DNA of 53,640 nucleotides from Candidatus Hadarchaeum sp. (GTDB lineage: Archaea; Hadarchaeota; Hadarchaeia; Hadarchaeales; Hadarchaeaceae). The translations under genes and the position numbers were made by a program. The stretch lies in assembly GCF_049969415.1 (NCBI RefSeq), contig NZ_JBMFOX010000005.1:1-53640 (forward strand), in the 5' to 3' direction. The notes under the pieces were generated by a model. It saw only the letters and a list, made by a program, of their open reading frames with translations. It was not told where the DNA came from and did not search any database. Every line of letters starts with the position of its first letter. Positions within the stretch are counted from its first letter, which is position 1. This document shows, in pieces, positions 46,101 to 53,640 of the stretch.

Positions 46101-48054
46101 CGTCGGCATGGGCCAGGATGAGCCAGTTCTCGGTGATATCCGGGGTAAAGGTCAGGGTGGCGATGTCGGTATAAGTGGTCGAGGTCGTCGTACCGTCACT
46201 CGGCTCCGAGAGTTTGAAGTTGTTGCCGATTCTGATGGCTATTATCCTCGCGTTTTTGATGAATGCAGTATTTGAAGCATTGGTCGTGGCGTACTGGATC
46301 CCTATCGTGTGCGACGCCGCTGTCAAATTGGCTACCTTGAAAGCCACGAAGCTGCGGTAGATGTCGGCGTCTGTATCATCCGCCACAAATGTTTCGGCGA
46401 CGCTGGTCCCGTCGATCGTCAGTTGCGCTTTGGTGGTTCGGGCCGCAATTGTACTTATTCTTTTGATTTCCGCTGTGGCGATGATGAGGTAGTTGTCCTC
46501 GAGCGCAGGCGTCCAAGTTAGCGTTACCTTGTCCTGATAGGTGGTGCTCGTGGTTGTCGACTGGGCCTCGCTCTCGGCGACCTGCACATCTCCTGAGAAA
46601 GCCGAGGGATAGCTTTTGAAGGTCATGTAGGTGCTGTTGTCGTTGCTCTGCAGATTTCCGACCGTACCGCCGACGAATTTCGTGTTGCCCAAGAGGTTGT
46701 AGCCTGAGGGGTAGTAGTATCTAAAGCTCCCAATGTTATTCTCAAAGATGTTCTCGTAATTTCCATCGCTGTAGGTTTGCGCCGCCGCGAAGTTGCTCGT
46801 CCCCCCCTCATAGACGGTCTCGGTGGTGACGGGGAAGAAATTTTCATCGCTTTCAAGGGGGTCCTTTATCTGGTCAAATTCAAGGTAGGCCGTTTCCGGG
46901 TCGGAGTTCAAGATTTTCAGATCGAAGGTGTCGCTGCGGCCGTTCATGTTGGCCAGATACACCTTGTAGTAGCCCTCACTGGTTATCACTGGGAACTGTG
47001 TGATCTTCTCAGAGCTGTCGGGATAATAGACCTCAATCCAAGTGTTGAGCCCCTGGGTGTTTCTGACGTAGACGGTGATGTCATTCCAGGGGTTAAGCTC
47101 CTTCTGGAAGGTAACCCGCACCCATTCACCCTCGGAGATTGGTTCCGACCAAACGCCGTCTCTGGTTTTAACCGCCGCTGAGATATCGGAGAGGAAGTTT
47201 CGGTTTTCGTCGAGGTGCACGGCCTGCTCAATCAAAATTTCCACCCAATCCTCGCCGCTGGCGCTTCCGCCGCTGTAGATCAGCTCGGTCCGCAGATGGT
47301 ACTTTTTCGGCTGCAGCGATGCTGGCTTCGGTGATTCAAAAATGTAAGATCTTGTAACCGAGTTATCGACCCTGCCGACCTTCCACTCTATCTTGCTGTA
47401 TCGTTCATCGTGCTCGCTGACGGTCCCCCCGCCAGCGTCGACGATGGTCCACTCCTTGGGGAAATAATCGATTAGGACGGCGTTCTCAACCGGCGCGGAA
47501 ACGTTTGCAGTTATTTCCATCGTTACTGGGGATAGTGCCGGTGCCTTGCGCTGGCCGCCTTGCTCGCCTGAGAGCCGCCGCTCGAAGGTCACGCTGACGC
47601 CGCTGATGGTGACCTGAAACGGCGCGGCCGCGGCCAGAAGCCCCCCAAGGATCTCCAACAGGAAGAATAACGTGATTAGCTTGAGCAGCGACCCTCTGGA
47701 TCTGGTCCAGCCGAAGCCTCGAGGCGATTTTAACTTGCCTGAATTTTCTTTTCCGCAGTTCACTTTCCTCTGCAGTTGTTTTTTACCGGAGCTGAACTTG
47801 TCGCCCGAATTGACTTTCAGTTTTCCCGAGCTTCTTGAGCCGACATCAGGCGCTCGCTTGATTTTTATAAGCTTGGTGCGGGCTCCCGCGGATTCAGGCT
47901 TAGATTTACCCATTAGGTTCGCGAAATTCCTGATTTTATCCAGAAGATGATTGATGAGTTTTGTAGGAAAGAGTCCCCAGGCTGGAGATGGCTCCGTCGC
48001 TAAAAGCCTTCCCTCCGGTGGGGACTCCCCAAATTCCTTGGACGGTCTATGCAA
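43108..48054 (-). CDS. Giant cell-surface glycoprotein with PGF-pre-PGF domain and C-terminal TM anchor (start uncertain, 48054 or 47913)
   Basis: Hydrophobic segment LLKLITLFFLLEILGGLLAAA, many beta-rich Thr/Asn domains, IRFRLEKAWL..LYRF..WQRLPT..YEAISPGLSVFA (PGF-pre-PGF), Pro-rich linker, TM helix, basic tail. Confidence 0.88.
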   Translation of the reverse strand: MHRPSKEFGESPPEGRLLATEPSPAWGLFPTKLINHLLDKIRNFANLMGKSKPESAGARTKLIKIKRAPDVGSRSSGKLKVNSGDKFSSGKKQLQRKVNCGKENSGKLKSPRGFGWTRSRGSLLKLITLFFLLEILGGLLAAAAPFQVTISGVSVTFERRLSGEQGGQRKAPALSPVTMEITANVSAPVENAVLIDYFPKEWTIVDAGGGTVSEHDERYSKIEWKVGRVDNSVTRSYIFESPKPASLQPKKYHLRTELIYSGGSASGEDWVEILIEQAVHLDENRNFLSDISAAVKTRDGVWSEPISEGEWVRVTFQKELNPWNDITVYVRNTQGLNTWIEVYYPDSSEKITQFPVITSEGYYKVYLANMNGRSDTFDLKILNSDPETAYLEFDQIKDPLESDENFFPVTTETVYEGGTSNFAAAQTYSDGNYENIFENNIGSFRYYYPSGYNLLGNTKFVGGTVGNLQSNDNSTYMTFKSYPSAFSGDVQVAESEAQSTTTSTTYQDKVTLTWTPALEDNYLIIATAEIKRISTIAARTTKAQLTIDGTSVAETFVADDTDADIYRSFVAFKVANLTAASHTIGIQYATTNASNTAFIKNARIIAIRIGNNFKLSEPSDGTTTSTTYTDIATLTFTPDITENWLILAHADVTNSAAANYNGVLFLVDGENRGEFWSRQANAGHYLSAGFHDVVSLSGGSSHTIKIQMKTSAGTLTYKNVHLYAIPTAAVFQEVFAENSDSLSSTTTTAPGTTKTTLSFTPSSTGDYLFLATGQINTSSTTVYVGARLTINGTDYGNSIVDVAATAQWPTFTISKRLTNLSGGQTATISFYTQTAGTAVYIRNARLIALRLPSASAFTENVEFTGTSNTEQWDSLTWTVDSQWTADSVNVVLQLYNYGLGRYAESGEDGYLSYTSGAANTDQTQTQTITTNPTQFRDASGNWKIRVSGVKVTSTRFDLKLDWIEFKPRSPAYRENVQHNITGIPLDNYYGYRLEIGYYLAGDTEPVSVYLYNFSTGQWENIGNLTSATYTVFTYNVEGTNLIDNVNGEVRVRYVQPDNDNLRTSLMIDYAGVIAKAYKWNLIESWTATVRAPTQWYLIESWTATVQATAQWKLIESWTAAIRTTAEWRLIQSWTATVRATMVWNLVDAWTATVRATSSWKLLETWTGVVRAPVAWKLVEAWNISVRAPGVPSSKVDALTPFWITTKPFTITATASDPSPSGYVATVQLWYRYSKDKLSWGSWENFGDNTGPNSWSFTAPSGDGYYQFYSIAVDEKGNVELAPATADASCGVDTVPPSIVAVVINNNATTTNSTSVLITILAVDQASGVAQMQFSNDGVIWTAWEPFSPAKQYLLPTGSGTRTVYVRVRDNAGLISAAASDSIELVSVEIKGATAKIASIPGGMFAKFDFTEFKICVTDVKIIFTTNLENVIVTVEQASYQELQKEGKVPSQPPSGIVYPVFMEIKTNAPDLFLASVIIRFRLEKAWLEINGVDEKTIYLYRFSGGWQRLPTEYLYEDSTCVYYEAISPGLSVFAAAGERKPVMPIKPVTPVGGITPTLPSVPYEFFTMLAMAGGLAAFSIIYSLLTPSRYYLLLKRIRRAVLAPRHRVIGKPEEAPVQEKLGPKELAGLERLKEISEKKRKLQEKKED
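44485..44820 (-). repeat. Seven tandem 48-bp (16-aa) repeats, consensus WxLIESWTATVRAxxx
   Basis: WNLIESWTATVRAPTQ / WYLIESWTATVQATAQ / WKLIESWTAAIRTTAE / WRLIQSWTATVRATMV / WNLVDAWTATVRATSS / WKLLETWTGVVRAPVA / WKLVEAWNISVRAPGV. Confidence 0.95.
45499..46587 (-). repeat. Three tandem ~120-aa homologous domains inside the giant surface protein
   Basis: Each has a Thr-rich start, TLT[W/F]TP (TLSFTP in the third), [N/D][Y/W]L[I/F][I/L]A, [I/V][D/N]G, and ends [K/R]N[A/V][R/H]xxAx. Confidence 0.85.
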
Positions 48055-48214
48055 GGGTGCGCACCCTGAGATCCGCTTCCTACGCTGAAAAGCTCGGTGG
48101 CGATTTTTAGGCGGGTTTGGTAGGGGGACATTCTTTCGAGAATAACCGAAAAAATAATAAAGCAGTTCCGGTACCGGTTTAATTCTTTTCTTTCAATTTT
48201 TGAAACTTCGTCTT

Positions 48215-49389
48215 GGGGTTCCTCAGGATTCCTGAGTTGAAAGTAAATTTAACAACTCCGGAGTGTTTCTCGAACCTCATTTAAGTCTGGGACTATGCCG
48301 ACTTCTCTTTTCTCGGACACACCAAAAATTCCTTGGAAGATAGCCCGGACTAAACATATGCCCGACCCCCGTCACCATCTTGAACTACTCTGGGGGGGTC
48401 GAACAAACTCGAATCAGGTCCAGGAGCTTGTTGTTGGCAAGCGCGAGGTCAATTCCAGCGGCTTCAGCGGGTGTTCGATTTATGGTCTGGTAGGTTCTCA
48501 AGTTGTAGATCACGTCCCAGCTTCAAGAATGCCTAGGCCGAGGCAAAGCTCTTGAAGCTGCGCATGACCTTGTACCTCTGTTTGATGTCCTCGTTGTGGC
48601 GCTCGATGGGATTGTTATTGAACTGTAGACCGTACTGCCTACAGGCGATGGGAACGCCGTACACTAGCTTGGCAATTCGGTAGAAGTACCTGTTAAACGC
48701 CGACTTGTACTGTCCGAGCTTATCGCTCACGAATTTCACCAGCTTCCTCTCCTTGGGGGCTTTTGACTCTCCCTCCAGAAAACGACTCTTATTTGGCCTC
48801 CGGCGCGGTTTTTGAGCCCCTTGAAAAACTCGTCGAATTCCTCTAGCCTCCTGCTCTTTACCAGTTTCGTACCGAGGTTGAACTTCGTCACGCTGTCTAC
48901 GGCGTTTATGTTATGTTCCAGCATGTTTTCCCCACTTTGACCTCGACCTCGTCGAGGTGTATCCTCCCTTTGACTCTAGGCTTCGGCATCTGTTCGCGCT
49001 CGAATTTCTCCACTAGGTTCGCGTACTTCCTGACCCAGTTCAAGATGCTTCCATCCGAGATCTGGTAGCCGTGGTGCTGGTACATGTGCTCCTTTATCTT
49101 GGTAAGGGATAACCACTCGACAAAGAGGTGCAGCACCGCAACGATAATTTCCTTTGGGTAGGTCATCCCCTCGAACCCCTCTCGCTCAACGAAGTAGCGC
49201 TTGCAATCCTTACAACGGTGGCCCTGTTTGGTGACGTACTTATTCCTGAGCTTGCCCACCCTGATCACGTTCCCCGATCCGCAGTGGGGACACTTAAAGT
49301 TCAATCACTTTCCGTCCCCCACCTCTCTCAGTCCAGCCTCCAAGCTCTATGAGACTTGGCTGTTTAAATCAACAATCCTGAGGAAAACC
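48215..49389 (-). mobile_element. IS6-like insertion sequence (~1.17 kb) with terminal inverted repeats and target-site duplication
   Basis: Left end GGGGTTCCTCAGGATT (48215-48230); right end reverse complement GGTTTTCCTCAGGATT (49374-49389); flanking direct repeat CGTCTT(GG) at 48209 and 49390. Confidence 0.85.
48385..49304 (-). pseudogene. Inactivated DDE transposase (IS6-like, N-terminal Zn finger)
   Basis: CPHC..CKDC, HTH ..ILNWVRKY, HLDE, VSDK, NNPIERHN, TPAEAAGI; two frameshifts and an in-frame TAG at 48533. Confidence 0.88.
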
Positions 49390-49458
49390 CGTCTTGGGTA
49401 TGGTTTATTTGGATCAAGATTGAATTTAAAGCGGTAAGAGGTCAGGGGGGTGAATAAA

Positions 49459-50292
49459 ATGGCATCAAAACAAACGCCCAAAAGACTGGCGGAGTCTGCC
49501 TCCCCAGAATGGATAAAGCTCGGCATACCCGGATTCAACGATTTGATCGAGAAAGGAATTCCCCGGGGGTCGAACATCCTCGTTTCCGGCGGCCCCGGCA
49601 CCGGCAAGACCATCTTCTGCCTGCAGTCGCTTTATCACGCCTCCCGCGAGGGCCACGACTGTCTTTACATCACCTTTGAGGAGAGGCCCGAGAGGCTGTG
49701 GCGGCACATGGAGAGGTTTGGTTGGAGGGTCAGGGAGGTTGAGGAGAGAAAGGACGGGCTGCTGCTGAAGGTGGGTGATGCCGGAAAGGGCGGCTCGATT
49801 CTGATCCGGATGCTGGATCCCTTCAGCATCACCCGCGCCGTCGAGGGGCTGGTGGAAAAGGCCGCCGGCAGGATCTCCATCGAGCTGAAGGGAATACCCG
49901 ATCTCATCCCGACCGGAATGAGCCCCTATCTCATTGCCATTGATTCCCTCTCCGCGTTGGAGTCGGCGTTCATCCACAAGCCCGAAGGCTACCGCATCTA
50001 TGTGGAGCAGATCTTCAGGGCCTTTGAAAGGGCCGGGGCAACGACTTTCTTGATAACTGAGACTGAGGAGGCGCCATTGAGATACTCGCGGTCCGGCATC
50101 GAGGAGTTCCTCGCCGACGGTGTCATCGTTCTCTACAACAGCAAGGTTAGGGGGCAGCGGGTGCAGGGAATTGAGATCCTTAAGATGAGGGGGGCAAGGC
50201 ACGAGAGGAGGATCGTTCCCGTTCAGATAACTCCTGAGGGCATGAAGGTGTTCCCGAGCGAAACTGTCTACGGGACGGACGAGTCAAAATGA
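49459..50292 (+). CDS. Single-domain KaiC/RAD55-like RecA-superfamily ATPase
   Basis: GIPGFNDLI.KGIPRGS, GGPGTGKT, ITFEE, IDSL, EEFLADGVIVL, ILKMRG. Confidence 0.93.
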   Translation: MASKQTPKRLAESASPEWIKLGIPGFNDLIEKGIPRGSNILVSGGPGTGKTIFCLQSLYHASREGHDCLYITFEERPERLWRHMERFGWRVREVEERKDGLLLKVGDAGKGGSILIRMLDPFSITRAVEGLVEKAAGRISIELKGIPDLIPTGMSPYLIAIDSLSALESAFIHKPEGYRIYVEQIFRAFERAGATTFLITETEEAPLRYSRSGIEEFLADGVIVLYNSKVRGQRVQGIEILKMRGARHERRIVPVQITPEGMKVFPSETVYGTDESK

Positions 50293-50353
50293 AAATTCTG
50301 TCAACTGGCGGCTGGTTGCTTTGAAGCCTGGTCGCGCTCGTGGAGGTGGTAGG

Positions 50354-52384
50354 GTGGGCTGGAACGAGGCGAAGCTGCTCTCGCCAGTAATCGTTGCTTT
50401 AATTGCACTCTCCGTGGCGCTGGTTTGGGCACCGTTAGCGACGGGTGCCTCGTACACAAAATACGCGACCCGCTTTGGCTCCGATGGATGGACCAATCCA
50501 GGAAAGATCACGGGGCACCCTGATGGTCAGGGGGCGGAATCTCCAATCGCAGACAGCCTTAGCATCTGGGGCTATGGTTTTGGAACGGAAACGGGTGAGA
50601 TAACCAGAGTGGTCATTAAAGTTGTTTACCGAGTTGACGTGCCCGCGGTGGACGATAAAATCTATCTGGAATACTCCTTGAATCCCTTGCAGTCCGGCGG
50701 CGCCACCTTCCTCAGCTGGGTTCCAACCGACACCGATTGGACTGAGAAGAGCCTTGATATTACCTCTGATGACTCGGTCAATGGCGGCTCCTGGGACTGG
50801 GGCGATATTCAGTATCTCTACGTCTTTGTGACAAACAGCAGCGAGGGTGATCCGGACAGTTCTGTTGTCTTTGTAGACGCAATATACATCGAGGTGACGA
50901 CCGCCGCGGCACCGGAGACATCTCCGCCGACACCGACAACACCCAGCTTTGATTTTTCCTTGAGCGCAGCGCCGGATATCCTTTCCCTACAGCAGACCGG
51001 ATCGGCTACAACAGCGGTTAACGTTAGGCTGACCACCGGCGTTCCCGTGCCCGTGTTTCTCAGCGGCGGATGGGTTGGGATTGCACCTACCGGAGTCGAG
51101 TCGAGTCTTAATCCTCCATCCGGAACCCCGAACTTCACGAGCAAGTTGACCTTTTCCGCAACCAAGGAGGCGACGCCGGGGTCTTTCGTCTACCAGGTGA
51201 AGGGCATCAGCGGCAACCTTACCCGCACCGTTAATGTTTTTCTAGAGATAACCGAGCTAAAGCCCCCGGCCTCCCCGGAGCTGCTGTTTCCCGACGATGG
51301 CGTCACTCTGGATACCGTGACACCTGCCTTTGATTGGTCTGATGTCGCTGCCTCTGAATACCATCTGGAGATAGCCACCGACCGGGAGTTTTCCCACATC
51401 ATTCTCACCAAGGTAACGATGGAGTCGAGCGCTACCCTGTCCCAGAATGAGGCGCTCTCCTACGGGACGGTTTACTACTGGAGGGTCCGGGGTAGGAATG
51501 CTGCAGGACTTGGAGACTGGTCTCAAGTTAGATCTTTCACGGCAAAAATCGGTGCCCCCAAGGTTCTGGGCTTCGAAATAGCGGCCGGTGCCAAGTATGT
51601 GAATTCGACGACGGTTCAGCTCTCGATAACCGCGCTCAACGCGGCTCAAATGTCCTTCTCCAGCGATGGCATAACCTGGAGCGATTGGGAGGATTTCCAG
51701 CCCGCGAAATCCCTGACCATTTCCCCTCCGGAGGGCACGAAGGACATTTACGTTCGGGTGAGGGATGCCGCGGGGGACGTCGGACAGTCGGTGATGGCCT
51801 CGGTGATTTTCGACCAGACGCCGCCCGTCACTAGGCACTTTCTCTCCGGGAGTCAGGAGGGCGGCGCCTTTCGGGGCTCGGTGGTGGTCTCGCTCGTCGC
51901 CGAGGATCTGACCTCAGGTGTCTGGGAAACCAGGTACCGCGTTGACAACCAGGATTGGGTTGCCGGGAACACCTTCGTCATTGCCGAGGATGGCAAGCAC
52001 GTGGTGGAGTACTACTCGGTGGACCGGGCGGGCAACGTGGAGGCCACCAGGAGTTTTGAGGTCACCGTCTTCACCCCGACCGCCCTGCCCCCGATTATCC
52101 AGCAGTACTGGTGGGCCATGCTGGCGGGCGTCGTGGCCGTAGGAATATTTTCTACGGTGATCTACCGGAGGCTGAGGTTGGCGGGCAGGCTCAAGCAGAT
52201 AAGGAGGGAGAAGGCCGAGCTGCCCAAGCTGAAGCGGCAGGCGGAGATCAGGTACTTCAAGGAGGGGACCATTTCCCGGCAGGAGTACGACAAGCTGGTC
52301 GAGGAGTACGAGCGGCGCCTCGCCGAGCTGGAGAGGGAGGAAAGGCTTCTGCTTAAGAGACTGAAGGGTAAGAAGGCCAAGTGA
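50354..52384 (+). CDS. Membrane-anchored multi-domain surface protein (jelly-roll, Ig/FN3-like domains, TM, cytoplasmic coiled coil)
   Basis: GGAGGTGG RBS before GTG 50354, signal peptide, YYWRVRG..GDWS FN3-like motif, YYSVDRAGNVE Ig-like motif, TM helix, charged helical tail. Confidence 0.85.
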   Translation: MGWNEAKLLSPVIVALIALSVALVWAPLATGASYTKYATRFGSDGWTNPGKITGHPDGQGAESPIADSLSIWGYGFGTETGEITRVVIKVVYRVDVPAVDDKIYLEYSLNPLQSGGATFLSWVPTDTDWTEKSLDITSDDSVNGGSWDWGDIQYLYVFVTNSSEGDPDSSVVFVDAIYIEVTTAAAPETSPPTPTTPSFDFSLSAAPDILSLQQTGSATTAVNVRLTTGVPVPVFLSGGWVGIAPTGVESSLNPPSGTPNFTSKLTFSATKEATPGSFVYQVKGISGNLTRTVNVFLEITELKPPASPELLFPDDGVTLDTVTPAFDWSDVAASEYHLEIATDREFSHIILTKVTMESSATLSQNEALSYGTVYYWRVRGRNAAGLGDWSQVRSFTAKIGAPKVLGFEIAAGAKYVNSTTVQLSITALNAAQMSFSSDGITWSDWEDFQPAKSLTISPPEGTKDIYVRVRDAAGDVGQSVMASVIFDQTPPVTRHFLSGSQEGGAFRGSVVVSLVAEDLTSGVWETRYRVDNQDWVAGNTFVIAEDGKHVVEYYSVDRAGNVEATRSFEVTVFTPTALPPIIQQYWWAMLAGVVAVGIFSTVIYRRLRLAGRLKQIRREKAELPKLKRQAEIRYFKEGTISRQEYDKLVEEYERRLAELEREERLLLKRLKGKKAK

Positions 52385-52809
52385 TCGTGCCTGATGTTTA
52401 AGCAGCCTTAAAGGCGCCATTGATGAGGGATTTCTGAGCAATATAAAGGAGATCTTTCGTATCTATAAAGCTGAATCGCCCCTCGTAAAGTGCATCTATT
52501 TGGCAAAATACCCGCGTTTACAGGGTGTTTTTAGCAGGGCCCCGTTTTCCTCAGTTTCTGATGGTTGGCCTGTTTAGAAAAATGCGATAAAACGCGTCAA
52601 AATGGCTTGAAACATAGAAATTTAGGTCTTTAAATAGTCGGTGGCTTTATAATGCGATCTTTCGATATTTGAAAGTAGAGGAATAAATATTCTTTAAATA
52701 GAGTTGAAATGGTGTAACTCCGAATGAATCCGCCGCGGAAAAGATTAAGGAAATCCCGGTCCAAGGGCTCGGGTTCTGCGGCTTCGAATCTGGTGAAGGG
52801 GGGGGCGGA

Positions 52810-53640
52810 ATAAAAAGCGGCCTGGCCAAAAAGAGGCCGGAAACAAAATCCCTCGGGCAGCTGAAAGAAGAACTCGAGAAAATCGGGCCGGGCGAGCACT
52901 TAGCCTGCGTTTACCGGGGCAAGAGGGAGCGCGATGCCGCCGTTGTCTCCTTTCTCCTCGCCGGACTGGAGAACAACGAGAAGTGCCTCCTGGTTATGGA
53001 TGAGAGCACCAGGGAAGACATCGTTCAGGCCTTCCAGAGGGCGGGTGCGGCTGTTGAGAAGTATCTCAAGTCGGGTCAGCTAGAGTTGCTGCGGGTCGAG
53101 GACACGTACCTCAAGGACGGTTACTTTGACCCGGACAGAACCGTGGCGATGATCGGGCAGGCCGTAGAGGCGGCGATCAGAGAAGGCTATCGGGGCCTTA
53201 GGGGCGCCGCGGAGGCGAGCTGGTCGCTGAGGAAGCTGCCCGGCTCGGAAAGACAGCTGGAGTACGAGGCGAAGATAAATCGGCTCCTGCCCCAGAGCCA
53301 GGTTACCGCGCTTTGCCTTTACGACGAAAGGAAATTCTCCCCAAAGGTTCTGCTTGACGTGATCTACACCCACCCGAAGATCATCCTCCACAATACTGTG
53401 TGCGAGAACCCCAGTTACATCCGGCCGGAGGATTTGGCGACGAGGGAAAAAGGCGAAGTCGCCCGGGCAGTTTACCAAAGGGTCAAGGAGAACATCTTCG
53501 AAGCAAAGTTGCGGGAAGAGGAGTTAGATTTGAGCCGAGAGCTAATGAGACGAAATCAGGAACTACATCAGCTGATGATTAATCGGATGCCAATTGGGAT
53601 GATCCTCTGGGACAGGGATTTTAGGGTCAGGATGTGGAAC
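52810..53640 (+). CDS. MEDS-domain plus PAS sensor protein, partial (runs off the window; start unresolved)
   Basis: Hand translation: GEHLACVY..FLLAGLENNEKCL..YLKSGQL..YLKDGYFDPD..GYRGLR..EYEAKIN..ALCLYDERKF..VIYTHP..ENPSY (MEDS), coiled coil, then MPIGMILWDRDFRVRMWN (PAS start). Confidence 0.88.
   Translation, partial: MKSGLAKKRPETKSLGQLKEELEKIGPGEHLACVYRGKRERDAAVVSFLLAGLENNEKCLLVMDESTREDIVQAFQRAGAAVEKYLKSGQLELLRVEDTYLKDGYFDPDRTVAMIGQAVEAAIREGYRGLRGAAEASWSLRKLPGSERQLEYEAKINRLLPQSQVTALCLYDERKFSPKVLLDVIYTHPKIILHNTVCENPSYIRPEDLATREKGEVARAVYQRVKENIFEAKLREEELDLSRELMRRNQELHQLMINRMPIGMILWDRDFRVRMWN

Noticed and set aside
48533-48535. In-frame TAG in the transposase as pyrrolysine recoding
   Set aside because: The gene also has frameshifts and no pyl genes are in the window; simple decay is more likely.
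49459-50292. Circadian clock KaiC
   Set aside because: Single domain, lacks the Ser-Thr phosphosite pair (EEFLAD instead) and no kaiA or kaiB nearby.
52420-52474. C/D box sRNA (TGATGA...CTGA...CTGA)
   Set aside because: The first guide would be only 7 nt, and there is no C' box or terminal stem.

Overview
Archaeal chromosomal window of moderately high GC. Gene content and order suggest a Hadarchaeota- or Thermococci-like euryarchaeote, which is inference only. Bases 1-40.4 kb are mostly housekeeping: TrmB regulator, tetraether lipid synthase Tes, thermosome, rpoK, FEN1, a glycosyltransferase/B12-radical-SAM/flippase cluster, FBP aldolase/phosphatase, NreA, the conserved dph2-csl4-rpoL-TFS-PCNA-primase-GINS-L44e-S27e-aIF2a-Nop10 superoperon, EndoQ, ferredoxin plus geranylgeranyl reductase, TPI, QueE/QueD, RlmE, Trm1, two tRNA-Thr genes and a decayed AAA+ ATPase. 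Bases 40.5-53.6 kb form a cell-surface/signalling island and hold the best candidate for an undescribed system. It contains a gene with two in-frame starts (a probably leaderless Zn-ribbon-fused form and a Shine-Dalgarno-led secreted form) behind a 17-bp direct repeat, followed by its own S26 signal peptidase. Next come MinD and a ~1600-aa PGF-pre-PGF protein with apparently nested domains, a triplicated head and a 16-aa Trp repeat. The island ends with a dead IS6-like element, a KaiC-like ATPase, a second surface protein and a MEDS-PAS sensor split at a G8 tract. Three genes (rpoK, a YdjM-like hydrolase, the MEDS sensor) lack a usable ATG/GTG/TTG start. All assignments come from motif recognition by eye, and no database searches were run.
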